DNA of 64,000 nt from Escherichia phage vB_EcoM_011D4, in the sequence record MT478991.1. The stretch is one strand, 5' to 3'. Within the stretch, counting starts at the first letter, position 1. Every line of letters starts with the position of its first letter. The notes under the pieces are model-generated. The model ran no database searches. It was not told the DNA's origin and saw only the letters and a list, made by a program, of their open reading frames with translations. Shown in pieces: positions 32,401 through 42,309 of the stretch. The position numbers and the translations under genes are program-made.

Positions 32401-35400
32401 ATGGCAGATTTTTCTCAACATTTCAAGGCCACATTTGGCTTTGACGCTGGTAATGAAAAGGTCGTCAATGTAGCATTGGCTGATAAGAATGTCAACACCG
32501 ATGCGGTCAACGTTGAATTTTTCAATTACCATAATGGTATTACTCAGTATGACACAACTCGCGGTTATGATCAATACGGAACTACAATCTATCAAAACCG
32601 TCCATATTATGCAAAAGAAGATATCACAAAGCCAGCAGGTGATTTTGACCCGACTAAATGGCAAGCACTGCGCACGGACCCACGTTGGGATTATGTTGCA
32701 GCAACTTCCGGTGATACTCCTTTACAGTCTGGTGATTATATCGCAGCAGATGGTCAATTTGCAAACTTGACTTTCTCTATGCCAACTAAACCAGCAGAGG
32801 GAGACACTATAACAGTAAAAGATATCGGTGGCAAGTGTGGTGTTAACGAATTATCGTTCTTGAGTTCAGGACATGAGTTTTACCATAACGGTAATGTGTA
32901 TAACCGAAAATGGTATTGCACTACCCCGTATGCAATGAACTATTTCATCTTTGTTCGTAATCGTTGGCATGTTTATCAGACAGGAACAGAGCCACGCGGT
33001 GTGTATGCACAGCCAGCGATTGATGCTATTCAAATGCAGAATGGTGATCAGGTATTTCGTCGTAGTTCGTTGGGTAATATTACCTTAGTGCTTCCTAAGT
33101 TTGCCAACAATGGCGACATGATCCAGACTACAGACCTTGACGGATTAACCGCAACCAACCACGTTACGGTTAAAGTTCATGAGCACGCAGAAGAACAATC
33201 AATTGGCACGTCCGGTCTAAAAGAGATTATCGGTAAGCGTAGCGGTCATGGTGTATTCATCTTTGACAAGACGGAAAACTTATGGCGTTTGTGGGATGGT
33301 GATCAGTCTGTTCGTCTTAAACCGATCATCGATGACACTCGCTTGCAACCTAATAGCTATGTTGCCGTATTTGGTGATCGTGATGTTACTCTGACGCTGC
33401 CGACCAATGTCGAGCCGGGTGATCGTATTCAAGTTTCTATGCAGTATATGCACGGAAACCAGAATTGCCGTATTATCACCGCCACAGAGGATACAAAAAT
33501 CCTTATGCAGAAAAACATGGTTCAGTTTCCTAAGCGTAGCGAGTACCCATTCAATGGGACCGATACATGGACGGGAGTATCTGAATTGTCTTTCAACGCT
33601 GCAAATGATTATGTACCTTATCTGGAGTTCTCTTATTCAGAAGGTGATGATGGTAAGAAATACTGGTTGGTGGCACATGCTCACCCGATTGTAGAACGAG
33701 TAGATCCGACTCGTAAAGATCGTGTTGGTGTAATTGCACTGGCTACCCAGGATGAAACAAACAAAAACCATGAAGATAATCCTAGCGACGAAGTTGCGGT
33801 GACTCCAAAGGTTCTGGCTAATAAAACAGCCAACGAAACTCGACGCGGTATTGCTCGCATTGCAACTCAAGCGGAAACGCATCAAGATACTGGTTCCAGC
33901 TTCCTGGATGATGTTATCGTTACGCCTAAAAAGTTAAATAATTGTGTTGCTACCGAAGCCCGTCGTGGTGTGATGGAAATTGCAACCCAGCACGAAACCA
34001 ATGAAGGTTTAGACGATACCCGCGCTATTACTCCTAAGAAATTAGAAGAACGTCGCGCTTCCGAAGATCTCGCTGGTATTGCTGAAATTGTTCAGGCTGG
34101 CGGTAGTGCTGCCGCTCGACGTGGCGAAGCTGGTACAGGGATCTATAACATCAACGACCATGCTAAAATTGTTACGCCACAAAACATCAACGAAGTCAAG
34201 GCGACCGAAACTTCCCGTGGTGTTGGCTATCTGGCAACTGACGCGGAAGTGCAAGGGGCTACAGAATCAACCCCGCAAGATGCTTTACTAATCACGACTC
34301 GCACGCTAACGAAACGTACTGCTACCGAATCGCGCACTGGTATCGCTGAAATTGCAACTCAGGAAGAAACAAACTTAGGTCAAAGTGATAACCATATCAT
34401 CACGCCTAAAAAGCTGCATACTCGCCGCGCAACGGAAACTTTACATGGTTTAGCAGAAATTGCAACTCAACCGGAGTTTGACGCAGGTCTTGACGATGCT
34501 CGCATTTCTACCCCATTGAAGATTAAAACCTTCTTTGAGAATGCACAGCGTTTGAAAGTAGATCCGACTCAGGGGCTTAACCTTACTGGTGATTTGTGGC
34601 AAGGTATCATGATTCGCGGTCTGGACGCAACCGAAGACACAAAAGGTGTCGCTAAAGTTGCTACTACTCAGCTTACGGATGCTGGTCAAGATGATACTAC
34701 AATCATCACGCCTAAAAAGCTGCAAGGCAAAAAGGCCACCGAAGGTAAAGAAGGTATTATCCGAGTTGGTACTCAAGCCGAAACCGTGGCTGGTACACTG
34801 GCTAATGTAGCAATTTCTCCGAAGAACTTCAAATATGTTGTTCAGACAGAGGATACATGGAAAGCAACCGAAGCGCGTCGTGGTTTCTTGAAAGTTGCCA
34901 CTCAGGAAAACTGTTTTGTTGGTGATAATCTGCAAGGTTCTACTCAAGAACTAGGAAACTACCAGCATGACGGAATTGCTGTTACTCCGAAAGGATTAAA
35001 CTACGCACTTGCTAATTTCTTACCTAAGATGGCAACCGCTCAGAATAGTTTGAAATTGGGTAACGTAGAGGCCGCTAAATGGGCGCGTAGAGACATTGAC
35101 CAGACCATAGAGAGCAATTACACGTTTAATAAAAACGTTAACGTGAAGGGCGATTTAGGGTGCTTAAAATCTGGTTCCTTTGAAACTCTGTCTGTGACTA
35201 AGAACTCGACCGATGGTCCGAGTAATGGTCATCTGGTGTTGGGTGAGCGTGGAGTTGACGGTCACACCGGAATTACTCTGCATGGCACAACCGCATCGGA
35301 AGGCATGAAAAACTCGTGGTCTATTATCGTTGGTGGTACTGGAACAGCGCAAGTTGTTGATAGTGATGCTATCGCTTTCGGTAAAATCAATGATGGTGGA

Positions 35401-36141
35401 GTCGTCGAGCATTACGCCTTTGCTATGGAACACAATGGCGACGCGACAGCATATAGAGACTTTATTGCAGGTCGTAACCTGTATGCGAAACAAGGCGGTT
35501 TATACATTGTTGATCAGTCTAATCCGGCAATGACTCGTTCCCCAGATGGTATGCTGAATATCGGTCACGGTGGAAGTGTTAACATCAAGGCAGGTTATCA
35601 AACGTTAACTACAGAGATCGCCGGACAGAAATATCAGATCGTACACGCAGGAAACGCTGACGAAGTTCTTAACCGTCAGTTTGTTAAGAATGCTGGCGAT
35701 ACAATGGTCGGTAAGCTGACTATGGATAATGCGCCTATTGTTTCTGTTAAGCATGAAGCTAGCGCGGCAACCGCTCCAGCAATCGGTAACATCGGTTTCT
35801 GGAATATGCGAGTTACTACCCAGAACATCAAAGAAACTTATCCAGAGAAGAAAAACGGTACTCTGATGCAATGGGGTACTGACGCGGACGGGCTTACCCA
35901 GCTTTGGTCCCCTGATGGTACTCATAAACATTATATCCGTTCCGGTACTGGTGGTCAATGGACTGCATGGGGTGAAATTTACACCAAACAGAATAAGCCT
36001 ACCGCTCAGGAAATCGGGGCAGTAGTTGCAGAAGGTGGTTTAATGAACTCTATGACGGTTCGTGATTGGATCAAAGTTGGTAATGTTAAAATCATCGCCA
36101 ATAATCTGACTCGTACCGTAGACTTTATCTGGGAAGACTAA
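32401..36141 (+). CDS. 34: long tail fibre proximal subunit gp34
   Basis: 1246 aa; late promoter TATAAATA at about 32365; AAAGGAGA RBS; internal ITPKKL/IAEIATQ repeats. Confidence 0.8.
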   Translation: MADFSQHFKATFGFDAGNEKVVNVALADKNVNTDAVNVEFFNYHNGITQYDTTRGYDQYGTTIYQNRPYYAKEDITKPAGDFDPTKWQALRTDPRWDYVAATSGDTPLQSGDYIAADGQFANLTFSMPTKPAEGDTITVKDIGGKCGVNELSFLSSGHEFYHNGNVYNRKWYCTTPYAMNYFIFVRNRWHVYQTGTEPRGVYAQPAIDAIQMQNGDQVFRRSSLGNITLVLPKFANNGDMIQTTDLDGLTATNHVTVKVHEHAEEQSIGTSGLKEIIGKRSGHGVFIFDKTENLWRLWDGDQSVRLKPIIDDTRLQPNSYVAVFGDRDVTLTLPTNVEPGDRIQVSMQYMHGNQNCRIITATEDTKILMQKNMVQFPKRSEYPFNGTDTWTGVSELSFNAANDYVPYLEFSYSEGDDGKKYWLVAHAHPIVERVDPTRKDRVGVIALATQDETNKNHEDNPSDEVAVTPKVLANKTANETRRGIARIATQAETHQDTGSSFLDDVIVTPKKLNNCVATEARRGVMEIATQHETNEGLDDTRAITPKKLEERRASEDLAGIAEIVQAGGSAAARRGEAGTGIYNINDHAKIVTPQNINEVKATETSRGVGYLATDAEVQGATESTPQDALLITTRTLTKRTATESRTGIAEIATQEETNLGQSDNHIITPKKLHTRRATETLHGLAEIATQPEFDAGLDDARISTPLKIKTFFENAQRLKVDPTQGLNLTGDLWQGIMIRGLDATEDTKGVAKVATTQLTDAGQDDTTIITPKKLQGKKATEGKEGIIRVGTQAETVAGTLANVAISPKNFKYVVQTEDTWKATEARRGFLKVATQENCFVGDNLQGSTQELGNYQHDGIAVTPKGLNYALANFLPKMATAQNSLKLGNVEAAKWARRDIDQTIESNYTFNKNVNVKGDLGCLKSGSFETLSVTKNSTDGPSNGHLVLGERGVDGHTGITLHGTTASEGMKNSWSIIVGGTGTAQVVDSDAIAFGKINDGGVVEHYAFAMEHNGDATAYRDFIAGRNLYAKQGGLYIVDQSNPAMTRSPDGMLNIGHGGSVNIKAGYQTLTTEIAGQKYQIVHAGNADEVLNRQFVKNAGDTMVGKLTMDNAPIVSVKHEASAATAPAIGNIGFWNMRVTTQNIKETYPEKKNGTLMQWGTDADGLTQLWSPDGTHKHYIRSGTGGQWTAWGEIYTKQNKPTAQEIGAVVAEGGLMNSMTVRDWIKVGNVKIIANNLTRTVDFIWED
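33780..35000 (+). repeat. about 10 tandem degenerate 35-40 codon repeats inside gene 34
   Basis: Recurring peptide unit ATE.R.GIAEIATQ.E ... ITPKKL in gp34 translation. Confidence 0.6.
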
Positions 36142-36146
36142 TTAAA

Positions 36147-36162
36147 GGGGGCGAAAGCCCCC
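36147..36162 (+). repeat. GGGGGCGAAAGCCCCC hairpin between genes 34 and 35
   Basis: Same hairpin as at 23976, 24776 and 11107 (coding-strand sense in each case). Confidence 0.5.
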
Positions 36163-36174
36163 TATGGGGTTATT

Positions 36175-37314
36175 ATGACACAAGATATAGAATTACGCAA
36201 CACTGGAATTAGGTTTGCGCATTTCGACGAAGACTCTGCGACATTTACCAGCATTTCAGAAAATAACTCTGTGATGTATAAGCTGGAAGTGCGCGGATCT
36301 AATGCGGATTCTACCAAACCAGCAAGAATTAGATTTAATGGAGTGGAGATCGTTGGCACTGGCTATGAAAATGGCCTAAATTTTAAAGTTCTTACTCCAA
36401 CTGGACAACTACACGAAGAAAAGGTATTCTATGGTCGCGGTGCTGTTTTGGCAATGCGTGATTATCTTTCTTTGCTGAAAGGTGATTATATCATTGCGAT
36501 GGCAACTCATGGAGAATTGTTTGCAGATCCGATAAGTGATGTTGTATTTTCTAAGCTGGGATCGGTATCATTCCCGAATCACATTTTGTTACAGCAAATG
36601 CCTCGTGTATCATATGCAGCAATTTATTCTACGAAAATGGGTAAAATTGTTTGTGAGGGTATGCAAGCGACCCACGGGGAAGGACAAGATTCATCTATAC
36701 AAATTGAGAAAGTCTATGATACTATAGATGATCTTGCTATAACAGGAACACCACAACGATTTTTAGATTATCCGGTTGAGTATGTTAGCGAAGATGCCGA
36801 ACATTTCGAGCTAATACAATGGCCTCACGATGAGATCAGCGCACCACTTGAAGATTTTAACATAAAGGCAGGTGACAAACTATCAATATCCTTTGAATTG
36901 TTCCGTGATAGTGCCGCAGCCGCAGCCAACGTAACAGCGCGTTTCTATCACAACTACTTCACCGATGGACAATATAAAACTGGTGTTCGATACAATGCCA
37001 GCAAAAAAGACCAATGGGAAAAGTTTGAAGCAGTCTATACAGTACCGGAAGGTGTCGATGGTGTAGTAACTGGTTGTATCAGATATCCAACCAACTCAAA
37101 TGAAGGTATTGTTAAAATTAGAAACATACTAATAACGCCGATCAGTGGAGTCGTTAAAACTACTGGTCCTACTTCATTTGGTGTTAATGGTGTTAGAACA
37201 ACTCATATTCAGGATAACGGTGATTTTACTAACCCTGTAATGAGTCTTCTTAAACTACCCAGAGATAATAAACACATCACATCCAACAACTTTAAAGAGT
37301 TCGATGTTGATTAA
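36175..37314 (+). CDS. 35: long tail fibre hinge protein gp35
   Basis: 379 aa; synteny between 34 and 36; followed by rho-independent terminator. Confidence 0.6.
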   Translation: MTQDIELRNTGIRFAHFDEDSATFTSISENNSVMYKLEVRGSNADSTKPARIRFNGVEIVGTGYENGLNFKVLTPTGQLHEEKVFYGRGAVLAMRDYLSLLKGDYIIAMATHGELFADPISDVVFSKLGSVSFPNHILLQQMPRVSYAAIYSTKMGKIVCEGMQATHGEGQDSSIQIEKVYDTIDDLAITGTPQRFLDYPVEYVSEDAEHFELIQWPHDEISAPLEDFNIKAGDKLSISFELFRDSAAAAANVTARFYHNYFTDGQYKTGVRYNASKKDQWEKFEAVYTVPEGVDGVVTGCIRYPTNSNEGIVKIRNILITPISGVVKTTGPTSFGVNGVRTTHIQDNGDFTNPVMSLLKLPRDNKHITSNNFKEFDVD

Positions 37315-37324
37315 CATTTTTTAC

Positions 37325-37356
37325 AAGCCGATCCATGTGGTCGGCTTTATTTTTAT
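37325..37356 (+). terminator. rho-independent terminator downstream of gene 35
   Basis: GCCGATCCATGTGGTCGGC then TTTATTTTTAT. Confidence 0.6.
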
Positions 37357-37475
37357 ACAGTTGGTTAAAATGTAACCAAAACGAAGAAAGATCTTTAGAA
37401 TAATAGAAAATTTGTTTCGGTTAAAAAATAGTCAGTGCCTACGGCACGTCGCGAAGCGATATTTTGTTAACATTC

Positions 37476-37483
37476 TATAAATA
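37476..37483 (+). promoter_or_regulatory. T4-type late promoter TATAAATA for gene 36
   Basis: Exact TATAAATA about 35 nt upstream of ATG. Confidence 0.6.
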
Positions 37484-37516
37484 ATCGGAACTATAACTAA
37501 TTTTTGAGGTTACTTT

Positions 37517-39007
37517 ATGGCAGATTTGAAATATGGATCTACTGTAGGTGGATCTCCCATTTGGACGCAAGGAAACTTGACGATCCAGCCAGCGGGGGAT
37601 CAGCTTTTCTACAAAGGTCATAAAATCTATACCGCTTTTGATAGACCTTCGGCTACCGATTTTGATGCTGTTAGTGCATCCGAAGGTGGCACATTTCAAA
37701 AGCAAGTTCATTTCGAGGAAGGTTTAAGCGTAGGTAGCGCATCGGCTGGAGAAACCAAAAAGAATGGTATCTTTAAAGGCCAGAGTGATGCCGCTAATTT
37801 TGACGGCGTAAGCTGGGGTTTGCATTCATGGAAGTCAATCGGCTTTGTTAATGCCCGTGATGGCGTTATTATGGCGTATATTGACACCACAACGGGCGAA
37901 TTTAAGTCTAAAGGGACTATCGAAGGGACAACCATTAAAGACACAGGTCAACGCGTCTATAGCCCTGTTAATAAACCAACGAATAATGATTTAGATTTGG
38001 TGTCTCGTCGCGGTGATACTCTCACAGGAACATATAATTTAAACACTGTCACTGTTAAACTATCGGTTGATTCGAAATTAATTGCAAGGGAACGTGATTT
38101 AATTAATTTTGATGCGACTAAGATCTATTATGGTAACGTTCTTGATACGTTGGTATTCCGAAGTAAAGATGAGCCTACCATTTTTGTTAATGGCAGAGAA
38201 GGTCGTTTTTATCACACCAACAATAAACCAACTAAAGCCGATGTTGGGCTAGGCAATGTCACCAATGATGCACAGGTTAAACGTGCTGGTGATATTATGG
38301 AAGGTAACTTGCAAGCGCCTAGAATGTTGGCGACAAACGATCCTGCTGGTCCTAATGAATTGGTTCGTTTGAGCTACTTTGAGAGAAAATCAATGGTAGC
38401 AAATCCAACCATCATTGGAAACGTTGATTGGAACACTCTTATTAATCGCGGTATCTATCGTGTGGAAAATGCTGGGTCGGGTACTAATAAACCGTCTGAT
38501 AGTTATTATAACGGCGTTTTGATGGTATATCGCCCAGAAGATGCGGTCGGTACTCGTCGAATTGTTCAGGTGTATTATCCTGAATCTATTGATCATCCGA
38601 TGTGCTGGCGTTCGTGTTCTAATGAATCATGGACTGCATGGAACTATGTAGATCACCGTAAATTAGCCGATATTCGCTATGTTAACGTAACTGGCGATAC
38701 CATGACAGGACCGTTAACTGTTCCGGCTGCAAACGGTGTTAGAACAGCTAAAACTAACTATAACGGGGATAACTGTTATGCGGCGTTAAGCGGTGCTGAT
38801 GGTACTGCTATGATTCACCGTATTAGTGATATTAAAGGGACCGAAAAGCTGGGGATCACCCACGACTCAAAGGTCGTGTTTTTCCGTTCTAGAAACAATA
38901 CTCAAACCGTGGACCGCTATCAGCTTTATCATGAAGGCAATAAACCTACTCCGGCTGATGTTGGCGCAGTTCCACTTAATGCGGTGATTGATTTTGGTAC
39001 TTTCTAA
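37517..39007 (+). CDS. 36: long tail fibre distal connector gp36
   Basis: 496 aa; late promoter TATAAATA at about 37476; shares NKPT..ADVG motifs with gp37 N-terminus. Confidence 0.6.
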   Translation: MADLKYGSTVGGSPIWTQGNLTIQPAGDQLFYKGHKIYTAFDRPSATDFDAVSASEGGTFQKQVHFEEGLSVGSASAGETKKNGIFKGQSDAANFDGVSWGLHSWKSIGFVNARDGVIMAYIDTTTGEFKSKGTIEGTTIKDTGQRVYSPVNKPTNNDLDLVSRRGDTLTGTYNLNTVTVKLSVDSKLIARERDLINFDATKIYYGNVLDTLVFRSKDEPTIFVNGREGRFYHTNNKPTKADVGLGNVTNDAQVKRAGDIMEGNLQAPRMLATNDPAGPNELVRLSYFERKSMVANPTIIGNVDWNTLINRGIYRVENAGSGTNKPSDSYYNGVLMVYRPEDAVGTRRIVQVYYPESIDHPMCWRSCSNESWTAWNYVDHRKLADIRYVNVTGDTMTGPLTVPAANGVRTAKTNYNGDNCYAALSGADGTAMIHRISDIKGTEKLGITHDSKVVFFRSRNNTQTVDRYQLYHEGNKPTPADVGAVPLNAVIDFGTF

Positions 39008-39010
39008 TTT

Positions 39011-39038
39011 TAGCGGGGAGACAATCCCCGCTTTTCTA
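39011..39038 (+). terminator. rho-independent terminator between genes 36 and 37
   Basis: GCGGGGAGACAATCCCCGC then TTTTCT. Confidence 0.55.
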
Positions 39039-39077
39039 AATAATATTATTCTAATAACCGTTTAAGGATTTTATAAA

Positions 39078-41996
39078 ATGGCAGATTTAAGCAGAATCCA
39101 ATTTAAACGTACTAGCACTAAAGGCCGTCGACCTGATGCTGGTACGATGAATCCGGGGGAATTGGCAATCAACCTTGCGGATCAATATCTTCTTACTAAA
39201 AATGATTCCGGTGCTATTATCAATTTAAGTTGTCCTCCGGTTTATGACCGCGATGTTACAATGGCAGGTAAGGTTAAAGGTAATAATTATATCTTAAGTA
39301 AAACCGCTAACTATTTGGAAGACCAGACAGCGCGAGATCTTAACTACTTTGGTGCTTTCCGTACCAATGGTCTTGATGGTCTTCTCGAACTCACGCTAAA
39401 CGTTCCTCATTCTTCTGGTGTTCAGCATGGTCGAGGATTTACTTTCCAGTATGGACACACTGGATCGCGTGTAGAAACTTATGGCTATAATAAAGAAGGT
39501 CAAAAAGCATTTAGCTATAAAATGTATCATGAAGGTGATAAACCAACTCCAGGAGAATTGAACGTTTATAGCAAACAAGAAGTTGACCGTATGTTTGTTA
39601 AGAACGTTAAACTTTCTACAGGTTCTGGTGATATCGTTGAAGGCTATTTTAAATTAGCAACTGCAATGATTCCACAAAACGGTCTTAGCGTATTTTTCCG
39701 TATTCATGGTGGTAACGGATATAACGTTACTGCATACGACCAAGTTGATATTGTAGAAATTGTTATTCGCAGTGGAAATGGTCGCCCTAAAGGTGTTAAC
39801 GTTATTGCATATCGCCGAAATACAAACAAATCATTTGATGTTTTGGCTGTTAATACTTCTGGTGATAACTATGATATCTATGTGAAATATCAGCGTTACA
39901 CTGATAACGTTATTGTTGAATTTGGTAAAAGTGTTGGTGTTAATCTGGTAGTTCATGACGTTCCAGATTTTGTTGCTGAACGTCCTGCTGGCGATAATGT
40001 TATTGGCGGTCGTGCTGTAACTCTTTTTAACACAGAAAATAAGCGTGGTGTGTTGAGTTTTGACGATAACACACAAAACAGCTATGATATTGTTCATATG
40101 AGTAATGATAAAGGTACTGGTCGGAAATATATTCGTAAATTCCGTAGTAACTATAATGAAATGATCTGGCACGAGACGGTTCAAGGTAATACATATCGAT
40201 TGGCAACCGGAACGACTGATGCATCGGAAGTTTTTAGAATTACTAGCCGCACCATGTTTACTGGTAAAGGTGTATTTGATGCCGGACAAAACGTTCTTAG
40301 ATTAGAGCGTCCTAGTAACCAATCAAACTATATTGAATGGCAAGATCGCCGAAATGGTGCTGATGTTCGTCAAGGTTGGATCGGTTTTGGTGGTGCTGAA
40401 ACAAATGACTTCCAATGGTATAGCGATCACGCAAAAAACTCATTCATGTTGGATGCTAACGGTCAATGCTCTATTATTACTGGTGCGACCAAAATTGTAT
40501 ATACCAACGGACAATATTATTCCGCTAACTCTGATGCATATCGTATGATCTATGGCAATTATGGTGCATTCTGGCGTAATGACGGGACTAAAGTTTATCT
40601 TCTGTCTACGGCTGAAAATGACCGTTTTGGTGGCTGGAACGGAAACCGACCATTCATTTACGATCTTACTTCCGGTAACGTTCAATTAGGCGGTGATGGT
40701 AACGAAGATGCATTAACGTTAGAATGTGCTTCTCGTGCCGCTCGCTTTAGTAATGACGTTTACATTAAGAAAGGGCTTTTGACTTTCGACGCTGGGCGCG
40801 CTGGATCTCGCGATTATATTCGATTTAATCATTGGGGTGATAGTAATAATGCCCGTGATAACGTTTTGTACATAGAAGATAGTCAAGGCCGACATTTTAG
40901 CACAGAACGTGCGATGGGTACTGGTGCTCTTAAAGCATACTTCTTAGGCGATCTTGAAGTCGGTGGTAAGTTTACTTGGGGTAAAAATACAGCTACATCT
41001 AGCTTTAATATTCGTGCATGGGGTAATGATTCCCGTAAACAAGTATTAGAATGCGCGGATGAAAGTGGTTGGCATTGGTATACCCAACGTCCAGGCGGTC
41101 CGGGAACAAATGAGATTATATTCAATGTTAACGGGAAAGTTCAATCTCAGGGTTTTGAGACTTCCGGTAATATTAAGATAACTGGACCAGACATTGAGTT
41201 TCGTCGCACTGGCAATAAGCACATCTGGTTTAGAGATCCTGACGGCTTAGAATTGGGTTTGATTTATTGTGACGACAACGGCGTTATTCGTTTCCGTGGT
41301 CAAAAACAAACTCAAGATTGGATATTTGGCAATAAGACGATCCAATTAGGAACTAGTGCTACTGTTAGTGGATCTGGTAACGGTTTGATTCGCGGACAAG
41401 TTCAAGGTGGTGCTTGGACACAATGGAGAGATCGTGCTGCTGGCTTATTGGTTGATTGTCAGAATACCGAAAACTCTGCACATAACGTGTGGAAAGCGAC
41501 ACATTGGGGCAAATTCCACATTGCAGCTATGGGTATTCACGTTTCAGGTGGAAATATAGCAAACGCATTGGCGCGTCTACATGTTAATGATGCAACTTTT
41601 GACCATAGTGCGAGCGGTGACTTCCAGGCAAGCCGTAATGGTAGCTTTAACGATGTTTATATTCGTTCTGATGCTCGCCTTAAAATCAATAAGGAAGAGT
41701 ATAAGGAGAATGCCACCGATAAAGTTAATCGCTTGACTGTGTACACCTACGATAAGGTTAAGTCTTTGACGGACCGCACTGTTATCGCTCATGAAGTTGG
41801 TATTATTGCTCAGGATCTTGAAAAAGAATTGCCGGAAGCAGTAACAACTTCTAAGATCGGCGATCCTGATAAGCCAGAAGAGATCTTAACAATTTCTAAC
41901 TCTGCTGTCAACGCTCTTTTAATTAAGGCGTTTCAGGAAATGAGCGAAGAACTTAAAGCCGTTAAAGCTGAACTAGCGGAACTTAAAAAGAATTAA
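39078..41996 (+). CDS. 37: long tail fibre distal subunit gp37 with C-terminal intramolecular chaperone
   Basis: 972 aa; N-terminal gp37-like region; C-terminal 110 aa resemble self-cleaving chaperone domain (peptidase S74-like) with coiled-coil tail. Confidence 0.7.
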   Translation: MADLSRIQFKRTSTKGRRPDAGTMNPGELAINLADQYLLTKNDSGAIINLSCPPVYDRDVTMAGKVKGNNYILSKTANYLEDQTARDLNYFGAFRTNGLDGLLELTLNVPHSSGVQHGRGFTFQYGHTGSRVETYGYNKEGQKAFSYKMYHEGDKPTPGELNVYSKQEVDRMFVKNVKLSTGSGDIVEGYFKLATAMIPQNGLSVFFRIHGGNGYNVTAYDQVDIVEIVIRSGNGRPKGVNVIAYRRNTNKSFDVLAVNTSGDNYDIYVKYQRYTDNVIVEFGKSVGVNLVVHDVPDFVAERPAGDNVIGGRAVTLFNTENKRGVLSFDDNTQNSYDIVHMSNDKGTGRKYIRKFRSNYNEMIWHETVQGNTYRLATGTTDASEVFRITSRTMFTGKGVFDAGQNVLRLERPSNQSNYIEWQDRRNGADVRQGWIGFGGAETNDFQWYSDHAKNSFMLDANGQCSIITGATKIVYTNGQYYSANSDAYRMIYGNYGAFWRNDGTKVYLLSTAENDRFGGWNGNRPFIYDLTSGNVQLGGDGNEDALTLECASRAARFSNDVYIKKGLLTFDAGRAGSRDYIRFNHWGDSNNARDNVLYIEDSQGRHFSTERAMGTGALKAYFLGDLEVGGKFTWGKNTATSSFNIRAWGNDSRKQVLECADESGWHWYTQRPGGPGTNEIIFNVNGKVQSQGFETSGNIKITGPDIEFRRTGNKHIWFRDPDGLELGLIYCDDNGVIRFRGQKQTQDWIFGNKTIQLGTSATVSGSGNGLIRGQVQGGAWTQWRDRAAGLLVDCQNTENSAHNVWKATHWGKFHIAAMGIHVSGGNIANALARLHVNDATFDHSASGDFQASRNGSFNDVYIRSDARLKINKEEYKENATDKVNRLTVYTYDKVKSLTDRTVIAHEVGIIAQDLEKELPEAVTTSKIGDPDKPEEILTISNSAVNALLIKAFQEMSEELKAVKAELAELKKN

Positions 41997-42036
41997 GGAA
42001 ACTCCCAGGGAAGGGAACTACTAAGGAGAAACGGCT

Positions 42037-42276
42037 ATGGTCTATAATATCGTCATTGGTGCTTTGTCTAATTTCGGAATGAAATTATTGTCAAAGTTAA
42101 TTAGTGAAAAGATGCTCACTAAAATTTTCTTCTATTGCGCTCGTCGTCTTGCGGCTTATACCAATACGCCAATTGATGATCGTTTTGTGGAAGAACTTTA
42201 TAAGGAGTTTAATAAAGATCAGTCAGAAGATAGCAACGAGCAAAATAAAAATAGTGATAGTCAACTACCTAAATAA
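42037..42276 (+). CDS. small protein with hydrophobic N-terminus (79 aa), in the position of gene 38
   Basis: RBS AAGGAGAAACGGCT; no similarity to recalled T4 gp38. Confidence 0.45.
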   Translation: MVYNIVIGALSNFGMKLLSKLISEKMLTKIFFYCARRLAAYTNTPIDDRFVEELYKEFNKDQSEDSNEQNKNSDSQLPK

Positions 42277-42309
42277 GAGTACACTGTCATAGTTATCTTA
42301 GGGCATTAT

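Noticed and set aside
33407-35958. Minus-strand ORFs inside tail-fibre gene 34 (33637-33885, 34042-34254, 34450-34947, 35164-35493, 35605-35958)
   Set aside because: Antisense to a long, well-supported late gene; low-complexity translations with no start signals
39396-41792. Minus-strand ORFs inside gene 37 and plus-strand ORFs 40333-40548
   Set aside because: Overlap the gp37 coding frame; no independent support
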